Shown here one piece after another: positions 1-12,197 of a stretch of 64,000 nt of DNA. Every line of letters starts with the position of its first letter. Position 1 is the stretch's first letter. This DNA comes from an uncultured Pseudomonadota bacterium (GTDB lineage Bacteria; Pseudomonadota; Alphaproteobacteria; JACZXZ01): positions 224,001 through 288,000 of the forward strand of contig CAVVLJ010000021.1 in assembly GCA_963749075.1 (NCBI GenBank), given 5' to 3'. The notes beneath the pieces were generated by a model, which was not told where the DNA came from, did not search any database, and was given only the letters and a program-made list of their open reading frames with translations. Both the position numbers and the translations under genes were made by a program.

Positions 1-58
1 TCGCCGCCAAGTTCGGGCTTCCGGCGGAAGCGGCGGCCGAGAGCGGGCCGCCAATGCC

Positions 59-1198
59 ATGCGCATTGCGTTCTATGCGCCGCTGAAGCCGCCCGACCAC
101 CCCGTGCCCTCGGGCGATCGCCGCATCGGCCGCGCGCTCATGGCGGCGCTCGGCCTTGCCGGTCACGAGGTGGTGCTGGCGTCCAGGCTGCGCAGCTGGG
201 ACGGCGCCGGCGATGCCGCCCGCCAGCGCCGCATCGCAGGCGCGGGTGCTGCCCGCGCGGCAGCCCTCCTCAGCCGCTACCGGATGCGGCCCGAGCTGCA
301 GCCCGACCTCTGGCTCACCTATCACCTCTACCACAAGGCGCCCGACTGGCTCGGCCCGAGCGTCGCCGCAGGGCTCGCCATCCCTTATGTCGTCGTCGAG
401 GCCTCGCTCGCCGAGAAGCGCCGGGAGGGGCCGTGGGCGGCGGGCCATGCCGCCGCCCGTGCCGCCATGGCTGCCGCCGACGTCCTCGTCAATCTCAACG
501 GCGACGACCAGGAGGGACTGCTCGCCGCCCTCGGCGAAGAGGCGCCCTGCGTCCGCCTCGCTCCCTTCATCGCGACGGCACCCTTCGCGCAAGCCCCGCG
601 GCAAAGGGCGAGCGTCGCCGAGCGCTACGGCCTCGACTCGGCACGGCCCTGGCTTCTTTCCGTGGCCATGATGCGGGAGGGCGCCAAGCTCGCCTCCTAC
701 GGCGTGCTGGCCGCCGCACTCGGCGGGCTCGGCGATCTCCCTTGGCAGCTCCTCCTCGTGGGCGACGGTCCGGCGCGCGGCCGGGTGGAGGCGCTCTTCC
801 GGCCGCTGGGGGAGGACCGCGTGCGCTTCCTCGGAGCACTTCCGGGTGCCGCTCTGCCGGCCATCTATCGCAGCGCCGACCTCTATCTCTGGCCGGCCAT
901 CCATGAGGCTTTCGGGATGGCCTTCCTCGAGGCCCAGGCCGCCGGCCTTCCCGTGGTCGCCGGACGCGAGCGCGGCGTGCCCGAGGTGGTGCGCCATGGC
1001 GAGAGCGGGCTTCTGGTGCCGCCGGGCGATGCCGCCGCGTTTGCCGCCGCGGTGCGCCGCCTGCTCGGCGACGCCGAGCGGCGCAGCGCGCTCGGGCGCG
1101 GCGCACGCGACGTCGTTTTGCGCGGGCACGACATCGCCGCCGCCGCGGCCCGGCTCGACGGCATCCTCTGCCGCGTCATCGCAGGGCGCCGCAAGTGA
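59..1198 (+). CDS. Glycosyltransferase family 4 (GT-B)
   Basis: C-terminal GT4 motif 'EAFGMAFLEAQAAGLPVVA' and 'GVPEVVRHGESGLLVPPGD'; overlaps the next gene via GTGA. Confidence 0.9.
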   Translation: MRIAFYAPLKPPDHPVPSGDRRIGRALMAALGLAGHEVVLASRLRSWDGAGDAARQRRIAGAGAARAAALLSRYRMRPELQPDLWLTYHLYHKAPDWLGPSVAAGLAIPYVVVEASLAEKRREGPWAAGHAAARAAMAAADVLVNLNGDDQEGLLAALGEEAPCVRLAPFIATAPFAQAPRQRASVAERYGLDSARPWLLSVAMMREGAKLASYGVLAAALGGLGDLPWQLLLVGDGPARGRVEALFRPLGEDRVRFLGALPGAALPAIYRSADLYLWPAIHEAFGMAFLEAQAAGLPVVAGRERGVPEVVRHGESGLLVPPGDAAAFAAAVRRLLGDAERRSALGRGARDVVLRGHDIAAAAARLDGILCRVIAGRRK

Positions 1199-1785
1199 CG
1201 CGCCTCGCCCTCATCCGCCACGCCGCGAGCGAGTGGAACGAGTGCGGCCTCATCCAGGGCACCTGCGACCCGCCGCTCAGCCCAAGGGGTGCTGCCGAGG
1301 CGGCGCGCTGGCGCGTGCCGGAGGAGCTCCGAGGCTTCCTCTGGGTGGCGAGCCCGCTGCTCCGTGCCGGCGCTACCGCCCGGCTTCTCCTCGGCTGCGA
1401 GGTGCCAGTCGAGCCGGCGCTCGCCGAGATGGCGTGGGGCGAATGGGAAGGCCGGCGCCTCGAGGATCTGCGCCGCGAGCTCGGCCCGGCCATGGCGGAG
1501 AACGAGGAGCGCGGGCTCGATTTCCGGCCGCCGGGCGGGGAAAGCCCGCGCGACGTCCAGCGCCGCCTGGCACCTTGGCTCGCGCGCGTGGCGCAGGACG
1601 GCCGCTCAATCGCGGCGGTGACCCACAAGGGCGTCATCCGCGCCGCCCTCGGCCTTGCCACCGGCTGGGATTTCCTCGGCAAGCCGCCGCAGCACCTCGC
1701 AGCGGCCTCGGCGCAGCTTTTCGAGCTCGACGGCGGCGGCGCTCCGCACCTCGTCAAGGCCAACATCCCGCTCGCAGCGCCATGA
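1195..1785 (+). CDS. Histidine phosphatase (phosphoglycerate mutase-like) family protein
   Basis: N-terminal 'LIRHA' motif, 'SPLLRA', 'EMAWGEWEG', 'PPGGES', 'VTHKGVIR'. Confidence 0.88.
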   Translation: MTRLALIRHAASEWNECGLIQGTCDPPLSPRGAAEAARWRVPEELRGFLWVASPLLRAGATARLLLGCEVPVEPALAEMAWGEWEGRRLEDLRRELGPAMAENEERGLDFRPPGGESPRDVQRRLAPWLARVAQDGRSIAAVTHKGVIRAALGLATGWDFLGKPPQHLAAASAQLFELDGGGAPHLVKANIPLAAP

Positions 1786-2957
1786 GCTTCCGCGTCCTCT
1801 TCTATGTGCAGCATCTTCTCGGCATCGGCCATCTCGTGCGCGCGGCGCGGCTCGCCGGCGCCTTCGCGGCGGCCGGTGCGGACGTTGAGCTGGCATCGGG
1901 CGGCATGCCGGCAGCGCACCTTCCGCTCGGCGGCGCGCGCCTCGTCCAGCTCCCCCCGGCACGCAGCCGGGACGAGCGCTTCGGCGAGCTCGTCGACGCT
2001 TCCGGAGCGCCGCTCGGCGAGGCCTGGCGCCGCGCGCGATGCGAGCAGCTGCTCGCCCTCCTGGCCCGGCAGCGGCCCGACGTGCTGCTGCTCGAGATGT
2101 TTCCCTTCGGCCGCCGGCAGATGCGCTTCGAGCTTTTGCCGCTGCTTGCCGCGGCGCGCGCGCGGACGCCGCCTCCGCTCATCTTCGCCTCGGTGCGCGA
2201 CATCGTGCAGGGCCGGCGCAAGCCGGGCCGCGCCGAGGAGACCCTCGAGCTCGTCGAGAGCGCCTTCGATCTCGTGCTGGTGCACGGCGACCCGCGGCTC
2301 GTGCGCTTCGAGGAGAGCTTTCCCTTGGCAGCCGAGCTCGGCGAGCACCTCCGCTATACCGGCTACATCGCCTCGCACGCGGAGACGCGCGGCCGAGCGG
2401 GCGATCCGGGCTGGGACGAGGTGGTGGTCTCGGCGGGCGGCGGTGCCGTCGGCGAGGCGCTCCTTGCCGCAGCACTCGCAGCGCGGCCCCTCGGCAAGCT
2501 CGCGCGGGCGCGCTGGAGGCTGCTTGCCGGGCACAACCTGCCGGACGCAGCACTCGCGCGTCTCGCCGCGGCGGCCCCCGCGTCCGTGACGGTCGAGCGG
2601 GCGCGGCCGGACTTCAGCCGCCTCCTGGCCAATTGTCGAATTTCCGTCTCCCAGGCCGGCTATAATACCGTCATGGACATCGCCGCCGCCAACGCCCGCG
2701 CCGTGCTCGTTCCCTTTGCCGGCCCCGGCGAGACCGAGCAGGCGCTCCGCGCGGAGAAGCTCGCGGCGCACGGCCTGGTGCGCGTCCTTGCCGAGGGCGC
2801 GCTCACGCCCGAGCGCCTGGCGTGCGCGATCGACGAGGCGGACGGGATGCCGGCTCCCTCCTTTGCCTGGCTCGACAGCTCGGGCGCCGAGACCAGCGTG
2901 CGCATCGTGGCGGAGAGACTGGGGCGATGCCGCTCGCGCACGGCCGCCGAGCCGTGA
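1782..2957 (+). CDS. Predicted glycosyltransferase (GT-B, GT28 C-terminal-like)
   Basis: ATG at 1782 overlaps the upstream stop (ATGA); 'YVQHLLGIGHL', 'VVSAGGGAVG', 'SQAGYNTVMD'. Confidence 0.85.
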   Translation: MSFRVLFYVQHLLGIGHLVRAARLAGAFAAAGADVELASGGMPAAHLPLGGARLVQLPPARSRDERFGELVDASGAPLGEAWRRARCEQLLALLARQRPDVLLLEMFPFGRRQMRFELLPLLAAARARTPPPLIFASVRDIVQGRRKPGRAEETLELVESAFDLVLVHGDPRLVRFEESFPLAAELGEHLRYTGYIASHAETRGRAGDPGWDEVVVSAGGGAVGEALLAAALAARPLGKLARARWRLLAGHNLPDAALARLAAAAPASVTVERARPDFSRLLANCRISVSQAGYNTVMDIAAANARAVLVPFAGPGETEQALRAEKLAAHGLVRVLAEGALTPERLACAIDEADGMPAPSFAWLDSSGAETSVRIVAERLGRCRSRTAAEP

Positions 2958-3751
2958 GCGGCTGGCAGGCGCTCGAGCTTGAGCTTGCCGCCTGGCAGGC
3001 CGCGGGCAGGTGCGCCGGGCTGTGGTGGCGCGACGATGACGCGGTCGCGGCGACGCCGGCGCTGGCGCGGCTTCTCGCCGTGGCGCGGCGCGACCATGTC
3101 CCGCTGGCGCTCGCGGTCGTGCCGCTGCTGGCGGAGGACGGCCTCGCCAAGGCGATCGCCGGAGCACCTGTGACGCCCATCCAGCACGGCCTCGCCCATG
3201 CCAACCATGCGCCCGCCGGCGCGCGGAGCGCCGAGCTCGCTGCCGGCCGGCCGCGCGAGGACAATTTGCGCGACCTCGCGCGCGGCCGCCGGCGCATGGC
3301 GGCGCTGTTCGGCGCCAACACGCTCCCCGTGCTCGTGCCGCCATGGAACCGCATCGATGCCGCCCTCCTCCCGCACCTCCCCGGGCTCGGCTTTTGCGGC
3401 CTCTCGACCTTCGGCGCGCGCACGCACGCCTTCGCCGCCCCCGGCCTCCTCGAGGTCAATACCCATCTCGACATCATCGACTGGCGCGGCGGGCGCGGCT
3501 TCGTGGGCGAAGGCAAGGCGCTGGGCGAGCTCACGGCACACCTTCGCGCGCGCCGCTCGGGCGAAGTCGACGCCGATGAGCCGAGCGGGCTGCTCTCGCA
3601 TCACCTCGCCCATGACGCCGCCGCCTGGGGCTTCCTCGAGGAGCTCGTGGCGCGCGCCTCGGCTCATCCTGCCGTGCGCTGGCTCGCCGTGCGGGAGATC
3701 TTCGCGGGCGCCGAAAGCGCGGCGCCGCCCGTCGCGGCCGCGCGGCCGTGA
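2954..3751 (+). CDS. Polysaccharide deacetylase-like protein
   Basis: GTG start overlapping the upstream TGA; 'WWRDDDA', 'QHGLAHANH', 'LVPPWNRID', 'GLLSHHLAHD' are NodB-like metal-binding motifs. Confidence 0.75.
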   Translation: MSGWQALELELAAWQAAGRCAGLWWRDDDAVAATPALARLLAVARRDHVPLALAVVPLLAEDGLAKAIAGAPVTPIQHGLAHANHAPAGARSAELAAGRPREDNLRDLARGRRRMAALFGANTLPVLVPPWNRIDAALLPHLPGLGFCGLSTFGARTHAFAAPGLLEVNTHLDIIDWRGGRGFVGEGKALGELTAHLRARRSGEVDADEPSGLLSHHLAHDAAAWGFLEELVARASAHPAVRWLAVREIFAGAESAAPPVAAARP

Positions 3752-4235
3752 CCATCCATCGCTATCCCGTCGGGGCGCTGCGCGGCGATTACCTGCGCGC
3801 CGGCTCGGGCTTCGTCCTCTCAGCGGCGCTTGCCGCCCTGGCGAGTGGACAGCCGGTCGCCACCGCGGTCCTCGGCGGTGCCGTTCTTCTCTTCCTCGCC
3901 TTTGGCATCCGCACCTTCTTGCGGCAACGCACCATCATCGAGCTCGGCGACGAAGGCGTATCGACCTCGGGCGGTCGTTGCGTTAATCTCGCTTGGCGCG
4001 AGCTCAGCGCAATCAAGCTGCGATACTACGCGACCAAGCGGGATCGCACGGGAGGCTGGATGCAACTCACCCTTGCGGCAGGCTGGCGGCGTCTCGCGGT
4101 CGAATCCACGCTCGACGGCTTCGCCGAGCTGGCGGGGCGCGCGACAGCGGCCGCGCGGGCCCAAGGGCTGAAGCTGGACGTCGCTACGGAGAACAACCTC
4201 TTAGCCTTGGGAATCAAGCCGGCCGCCGAAAGCGC

Positions 4236-4239
<4 letters not shown>
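3748..4239 (+). CDS. Hypothetical membrane protein (two TM helices plus soluble domain)
   Basis: Coupled to both neighbours by 4-bp overlaps; two hydrophobic segments near the N-terminus. Confidence 0.75.
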
Positions 4240-6121
<1,882 letters not shown>

Positions 6122-6125
<4 letters not shown>

Positions 6126-8059
6126 CCCGCGCCATCGCCGCCGCCCTCGCCCTGACCCTCCTCGTGGCGACCGGCGCCGCCCGCGCCTTCGACATGCAGG
6201 AGACGCCCTCCCTCCGCGCCGAAGTGGCGGCGGGCAAGCTGCCGCCGGTTGCCGAGCGGGCGCCGCAGGAGCCGCTTATCGTCGATCTCAAGAGCGAGGG
6301 CAAGAGGATCGGCCGGCCGGGCGGCATGCTGCACATCCTGATGGCGAGCGACAAGGACACGCGGCTCATGGTGGTCTACGGCTATGCGCGCCTGGTTGCC
6401 TTCAACGAGCAGTACGAGCTCGTGCCCGACATCCTCGCGAGCTACGACGTGGACGAGGGCCGCATCTTCACCTTTCATCTGCGCAAGGGCATGCGCTGGT
6501 CCGACGGCGTGCCCTTCACCAGCGAGGACTTCCGCTACTATTGGCAGGACGTGGCCAACAACAAGGAGCTGTCGCCCTTCGGCCTCACCCGCACGCTCCT
6601 CGTCGACGGCGAGCCGCCCACGGTCGAGTTCCCGGATGCCTATACCGTGCGCTACGGCTGGAAGAAGCCCAACCCGCTCTTCCTGCCGCAGCTTGCCGCC
6701 GCGACGCCGCTCGAGATCTTCATGCCGGCGCATTACTTGAAGCAGTTCAACGCGAAGTACACCGACCCCGAGAAGCTCAAGAAGCTCGCCAAGGCGGCCA
6801 AGCAGCGCAGCTGGGCAGCACTCCATACCTTGAGGAGCCACTCGTACAAGAACGACAATCCCGATCTGCCGACGCTCGAGCCCTGGGTGCTCACCACGCG
6901 GGCGCCGGCCGAGCGCTTCGTCTTCGTGCGCAACCCCTACTACTACCGCTTCGATTCCGCCGGCCACCAGCTGCCCTATATCGACAGCGTGGCGATGGAC
7001 ATCGTCGACAGCAAGCTGATCCCGCTCAAGACCGAGAGCGGCGAAACGGACCTCCAGGCGCGCTACCTGCGCTTCGACGACTACACCTTCCTCAAGCGCG
7101 GCGAGAAGGAGCACGACTACGCCGTGCGCCTGTGGCGGAGCGGCACGGGCTCCGAGCTCGCCCTCTATCCCAACCTCAACGTCAAGGACCCGGTGTGGCG
7201 CGCCGTGGTGCGCGACGTGCGCTTCCGCCGCGCGCTCTCCCTCGGCATCGACCGCCACGAGATCAACAAGGTCGTCTATTTCGGCCTCGGCACCGAGGGC
7301 AACAACACGGTGCTGCCGCAGAGCCCGCTCTTCAAGCCGGAGTATCAGAAGGAGTGGACGAACTTCGATCTCAAGGCGGCGAACGCGCTCCTCGGCGAGA
7401 TGGGCCTCGTCAAGCGCGACGACCGCGGGGTGCGCCTCCTGCCCGACGGGCGCCCCATGGAGATCGTGGTCGAGACCGCCGGCTCGTCGACCGAGCAGAC
7501 CGACGTGCTGCAGCTCATCCACGATACCTGGGAGGAGCTCGGCCTGCGCCTCTTCATCAAGCCCTCCCAACTCGAGGTGTTCCGCAACCGTATCTTCGCA
7601 GGCGAGACCCTGATGGCGATCGCGGGCGGGCTCGACGACGGGGTGCCGGTCGCGGACATCAGCCCGGCCGAGCTGGCGCCCACGGACGAAGAGCAGCTGC
7701 AATGGCCGAAGTGGGGCGATTATTACGACTCCCACGGCAAGACCGGCGAGTCCCCCGATCTGCCGGCTGCCCAGGAGCTCTTGACGCTCAACAAGCGCTG
7801 GGGCATCTCGGACAGCAAGGCAGAGCGCATGGGCATCTGGCAGCGCATGCTGGAGATCAACGCCGAGCAGCAGTTCACCATCGGCCTCGTGTCGGAGGTG
7901 CCGCAGCCGGTCGTGGTCAATAACCACTTGAAGAACGTGCCCCAGAACGCCGTCTTCAGCTGGGAGCCGGGCGCGCATTTCGGGATGTACAGGCCGGACA
8001 GCTTCTGGTTCGACAACGCGCCCGCGGAGACCGCGGCGCTCACGGGCGGCAAGCCCTGA
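6122..8059 (+). CDS. ABC transporter substrate-binding protein, family 5
   Basis: Signal peptide, 'GKLPPVAERAP', 'FTFHLRKGMRWSDGVPFTSED', 'RNPYYY', 'RFRRALSLGIDR'. Confidence 0.93.
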
Positions 8060-8092
8060 CGGCGGGCGTCTAACGGTGAGGGGGCTGCGCTC

Positions 8093-9091
8093 ATGCTAGG
8101 CTATATCGTGCAGCGAATCCTGATCATGATCCCGACGCTGCTCGCCATCAGCATCATCGTCTTCGTCATCATCCAGGCGCCGCCCGGCGACTATCTCTCG
8201 AGCTACGTCGCCGAGCTGGAGAGCCAGGGCGAGTCGGTCGATCAGCAGAAGATCCAGTTCCTGCGCACGCAGTACGGACTGGACCAGCCGCTCTTCAAGC
8301 AATATTACGTCTGGCTCACCGGCATGCTGCATGGCGATTTCGGCTACTCGTTCGAGTACAACCTGCCGGTCACCAAGGTGGTGGGCGACCGCCTCACGCT
8401 CTCCATCATCGTCTCGTTCACGACGATCCTCTTCGTCTGGGTCGTGTCCTTCCCCATCGGCGTCTATTCGGCGACGCACCAGTACAGCTTCGGCGACTAC
8501 GGTCTCACGTTCCTCGGCTTCCTCGGCCTCGCCACGCCCAATTTCCTCCTCGCCCTCGTGCTGCTCTACGTCGCCAACAGCTGGTTCGGCGTCTCGGTCG
8601 GCGGCCTCATGGCCGAGAATTTTCTCGGCCAGCCGTGGAGCTGGGCCAAGCTCGCGTCCGTGCTGGCGCACCTTTGGATACCGGTCATCGTGATCGGCAC
8701 CTCTGGCACCGCCGGCATGATCCGCCGGCTGCGCGCCAACCTGCTCGACGAGCTGCAGAAGCAATATGTGGTGACGGGGCGCGCCAAGGGCCTGCCGCCG
8801 CGGCGGCTCCTCCTCAAATATCCCTTGCGCATGGCGCTCAATCCCTTCATCGCCGACATCGGCAACATCCTGCCGCAAATCATCTCGGGCGCCGCCATCA
8901 CCTCGATCGTGCTGTCGCTGCCCACGACGGGGCCCATGCTGCTCCAGGCGCTGCGCAGCCAGGACATGTATCTCGCCGGCTCCTTCCTCATGTTCCTCGC
9001 CACGCTCACGGTGTTCGGCGTGCTGCTCTCGGACCTGCTGCTCGCCCTTCTCGACCCGCGCATCCGGCTGCAGGGCGGGACGACGCGATGA
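8093..9091 (+). CDS. ABC transporter permease (OppB/DppB-like)
   Basis: 'GLDQPLFKQY', 'GDFGYSF', EAA-like loop 'YVVTGRAKGL'. Confidence 0.93.
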   Translation: MLGYIVQRILIMIPTLLAISIIVFVIIQAPPGDYLSSYVAELESQGESVDQQKIQFLRTQYGLDQPLFKQYYVWLTGMLHGDFGYSFEYNLPVTKVVGDRLTLSIIVSFTTILFVWVVSFPIGVYSATHQYSFGDYGLTFLGFLGLATPNFLLALVLLYVANSWFGVSVGGLMAENFLGQPWSWAKLASVLAHLWIPVIVIGTSGTAGMIRRLRANLLDELQKQYVVTGRAKGLPPRRLLLKYPLRMALNPFIADIGNILPQIISGAAITSIVLSLPTTGPMLLQALRSQDMYLAGSFLMFLATLTVFGVLLSDLLLALLDPRIRLQGGTTR

Positions 9092-10266
9092 GTGCCGCCG
9101 AGGATCGCCTGGAGGCCGAGCGGCTCGCCCATTACGTCTCGCCCGAGCCCTTCGACCCCTACGCCATCGAGGCGATGGCGCCCGGCCAGGAGCGCTACTA
9201 TCTCGCCGGCCAGTGGCGCCTCATGTGGTGGAAGCTGCGCCGCCACCGCCTGGCCGTGGTCTCCGGCGCCTTTCTCCTGTTGATCTATTCCTCGATCCTG
9301 ATCAGCGAGATCCTCGCCCCCTACAACCTGCAGACGCGCCACACGGACTTCCTCTACGCGCCGCCCCAGGCGCTGCACCTCTTCGACGGCAGCCGCTTCG
9401 TCGGGCCCTTCGTCTACGGCCTCGACGCCAGCCTCGACATGGAGACCCTGCGCTGGGTCTATACGCCCAACCCCGCCAAGGTGGAGCGCCTGCGCTTCTT
9501 CTGCCTGGGCGACGGCTACCGCTTCTGGAGCTTCGTCCCGGGGCGCTTCCATCTCGTCTGCCCGGCGGAGGGCGGCACGCTCTTCTTGCTCGGCACCGAC
9601 CGGCTCGGGCGCGACATGCTCTCGCGCATCGTCTACGGCGCCCGCATCTCGCTCACCATCGGGCTCATCGGCATCAGCATCAGCTTTCTCCTGGGCCTGA
9701 CGTTCGGCGGGCTCGCGGGCTATTACGGCGGCTGGATCGACAGCCTGATCCAGCGCCTCATCGAGGTGATCCGCTCGTTCCCCGAGCTGCCGCTGTGGAT
9801 GGCGCTCTCGGCGGTGCTGCCGGTGACCTGGAGCCCGGCGCTGATCTATTTCGGCATCACCATCATCTTGGGCCTCATCGACTGGACGGGCCTCGGGCGC
9901 GCCGTGCGCTCGAAGCTCCTGGCGCTGCGCGAGGAGGATTTCTGCACCGCGGCGATCCTCATGGGAGCACGTCCGCGCCGCGTCATCGCACGGCACTTGC
10001 TGCCGAGCTTCATGAGCCACCTCATCGCCTCCGCGACCCTCTCGATCCCCAACATGATCCTCGGCGAGACGGCGCTGAGCTTCCTCGGCCTCGGCCTTAG
10101 GCCGCCCATCACGAGCTGGGGCGTGCTCTTGAACGAGGCGCAGAACATCAACGCAGTCGCCGTCTATCCCTGGATCATGCTGCCCGTGGCGCCGGTGATC
10201 CTCGTGGTGCTCGCCTTCAATTTCCTCGGCGACGGCCTCAGGGACGCGGCGGACCCGTATCGCTGA
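9088..10266 (+). CDS. ABC transporter permease (OppC/DppC-like)
   Basis: 'LLGTDRLGRDMLSRIVYGARISL', 'ETALSFLGLG', 'FNFLGDGLRDAADP'. Confidence 0.93.
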   Translation: MSAAEDRLEAERLAHYVSPEPFDPYAIEAMAPGQERYYLAGQWRLMWWKLRRHRLAVVSGAFLLLIYSSILISEILAPYNLQTRHTDFLYAPPQALHLFDGSRFVGPFVYGLDASLDMETLRWVYTPNPAKVERLRFFCLGDGYRFWSFVPGRFHLVCPAEGGTLFLLGTDRLGRDMLSRIVYGARISLTIGLIGISISFLLGLTFGGLAGYYGGWIDSLIQRLIEVIRSFPELPLWMALSAVLPVTWSPALIYFGITIILGLIDWTGLGRAVRSKLLALREEDFCTAAILMGARPRRVIARHLLPSFMSHLIASATLSIPNMILGETALSFLGLGLRPPITSWGVLLNEAQNINAVAVYPWIMLPVAPVILVVLAFNFLGDGLRDAADPYR

Positions 10267-10306
10267 AGAGGCAGTCATTTCGCGGCGGCGACGCAATCAG
10301 TGCTCT

Positions 10307-10320
10307 CCTCCTTCGGGAGG
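10307..10320 (+). terminator. Short hairpin (CCTCC-TTCG-GGAGG) after the ABC operon
   Basis: Perfect 5-bp stem with a UUCG tetraloop about 40 bp after the stop codon; no U-tract, so a terminator role is uncertain. Confidence 0.3.
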
Positions 10321-10503
10321 CTAAGGGAGTCACACAAATCCGAAAATCGCTGGCAAATCATGGCGCGGCGCGGCGCGGAGACGCGTCGGACGAGCTGTGG
10401 CGGGTCGCACTGCAAGTCTCCTCGAGATGTGTGAATGCCATAGCTGAAGGAGGAGAGGCAGTCGCGCGGCGAGTTCCGCCGACGCGAGACGAGCCCGCCG
10501 CCG

Positions 10504-11337
10504 TTACGGCGTCAGCACCATGCCCTCGCGCGCGACGACGGTGCCGGGCCGCGCGCGCTCGGCCTCGGCGGCGATGCGGTCCATGCAAGCGTCGTCGTGG
10601 GAGGGGTCGTGGTGGAAGATGACGAGGGTCTTGACGTGCGCGGCATCGCTCAAGCGCACGCCCTCCTCCCAGGTCGAATGGCCCCAGCCGACGAAGCGCG
10701 GATATTCGGCCTCGGTAAAAGTGCTGTCGTAGATCAGCGCATCGGCGCCCTCGATCAGCCCGAGGATGTTGGCGTCGAGCCGGCCGGGGGAGTGCTCCGT
10801 ATCGGTGACGTAGCAGAGCGAGCGGCCGCCGTGCTCGATGCGGTAGCCGGTGGCGCCGTTGGGATGGTTGAGCGGCGCCGTGCGGATGACGATGCCCGGG
10901 TGCGGCTCGAGCGTCTCGCCGCACTTGAAATCGCGGTAGCAGATTTTCGCCTTGAGCACGTCGAGCGGCACCGGGAAGAGGGGCGCCATCATGAGCTCGG
11001 AGAGCACGTCATAGAGGCGGTACTCGGGGAGGAGATGCCCGGCCCAGAAGCGGAAGCGGTTGGCCGGCTTGAAGGCGGGGCTGAAGAACGGCAGCCCGGT
11101 GATGTGGTCGAAGTGGGTGTGCGTGAAGAAGAGGTCGCCATCGACCTCGGCCTTGTCGTCGAGGTGGCGGCCCAACGGCCGCAGCCCCGTGCCGGCGTCG
11201 AAGATGAGCAAGCGGCCGCCGCAGCGCACCTCCAGGCACGAGGTGTTGCCGCCGTAGCGCACGTATTCCGCCCCGGGGCAGGCGATCGACCCGCGCACGC
11301 CCCAGAACCTCACCCTGAGCTTGTCCCCCTCGGCCAA
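10504..11337 (-). CDS. MBL-fold metallo-hydrolase (RNase Z / cyclic-nucleotide phosphodiesterase-like)
   Basis: 'FWGVRGSI', 'YGGNTSC', HxHxDH motif 'THTHFDH', 'YVTDTEH', 'WGHST', 'FHHDP'. Start placed at TTG 11337 behind a GAGGGG SD; ATG 11388 is an alternative. Confidence 0.88.
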   Translation of the reverse strand: MAEGDKLRVRFWGVRGSIACPGAEYVRYGGNTSCLEVRCGGRLLIFDAGTGLRPLGRHLDDKAEVDGDLFFTHTHFDHITGLPFFSPAFKPANRFRFWAGHLLPEYRLYDVLSELMMAPLFPVPLDVLKAKICYRDFKCGETLEPHPGIVIRTAPLNHPNGATGYRIEHGGRSLCYVTDTEHSPGRLDANILGLIEGADALIYDSTFTEAEYPRFVGWGHSTWEEGVRLSDAAHVKTLVIFHHDPSHDDACMDRIAAEAERARPGTVVAREGMVLTP

Positions 11338-11401
11338 ACGCGAACGCCCCTCTCTTCCCAGCGCCGTCGGGAAGCCGCCCTGCGGCATCTTGACGCTGCT
11401 C

Positions 11402-11448
11402 AAACTATGCCCGCCGCACCCCCCGGGGTGTGACGCCCGTCACACCCC
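11402..11448 (-). promoter_or_regulatory. CRP-family binding site (TGTGA-N6-TCACA) with class II promoter geometry
   Basis: TGTGA 11429-11433, CGCCCG, TCACA 11440-11444, inside an 11-bp-arm palindrome; minus-strand TAGTTT (11407-11402) taken as the -10 puts the site centre at -41.5. Confidence 0.6.
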
Positions 11449-11468
11449 CAACCGAGGCGCGAGGTCCG

Positions 11469-12197
11469 TCACGGCACCAGGCGATAACCGCCCGGCTCGG
11501 TGATCAGGATGACCGCCTTGGAAGGGTCCGCCTCGATCTTCTGGCGCAGACGGTAGACATGGGTCTCGAGCGTATGGGTGGTGACGCCGGCATTATAGCC
11601 CCACACCTCGTTGAGCAGGGTCTCGCGGCCCACCACCTTCTCGCCCGCGCGGTAGAGGTACTTGAGGATCGCGGCCTCCTTCTCGGTGAGCCGCACCTTC
11701 TTGTTGCTGCCGGCCTCGAGGAGGAGCTTCGCCGAGGGGCGGAAGCTGTAGGGGCCGATGGTGAAGACGGCGTCCTCGCTCTGCTGGTGCTGGCGCAGCT
11801 GGGCGCGCAGCCGGGCCAAGAGCACGCTCAGGCGGAACGGCTTGGTCACGTAGTCGTTGGCGCCGGCGTCGAGTGCCAAGATGGTATCGGCGTCGGTATC
11901 GGCGCCGGTGAGCATGATGATGGGCGACTTGAAGCCGTTGCGGCGCAACAGGCGGCAGACCTCGCGGCCGTCCATGTCGGGCAGGCCGACATCGAGCAGC
12001 ACGGCGTCATAGTAGTCGGCGCGCGCCATCTCGAGCGCCTTGCCGCCGGTCTCGGCCACGCCGGTCTGGAATTCCTCGTGGAGCTGCAGCTGCTCGCAGA
12101 GCGAGTGGCGCAATGCCGCGTCGTCGTCGACGAGCAGGATCTTGCGGCCCGCCGCGGCGCTCTTGAGATCGGACGAGGCGGCTGCGTTGCGCTCCAT
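11469..12197 (-). CDS. cenR: OmpR-family response regulator, CenR-like
   Basis: REC domain (LVDDD, LDVGLPDMDG, KPF) plus winged helix 'RLTEKEAAILKYLYRAG...VWGYNAGVTTHTLETHVYRLRQKIE', which I recognise from alphaproteobacterial CenR; divergent from a YkuD gene. Confidence 0.8.
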   Translation of the reverse strand: MERNAAASSDLKSAAAGRKILLVDDDAALRHSLCEQLQLHEEFQTGVAETGGKALEMARADYYDAVLLDVGLPDMDGREVCRLLRRNGFKSPIIMLTGADTDADTILALDAGANDYVTKPFRLSVLLARLRAQLRQHQQSEDAVFTIGPYSFRPSAKLLLEAGSNKKVRLTEKEAAILKYLYRAGEKVVGRETLLNEVWGYNAGVTTHTLETHVYRLRQKIEADPSKAVILITEPGGYRLVP

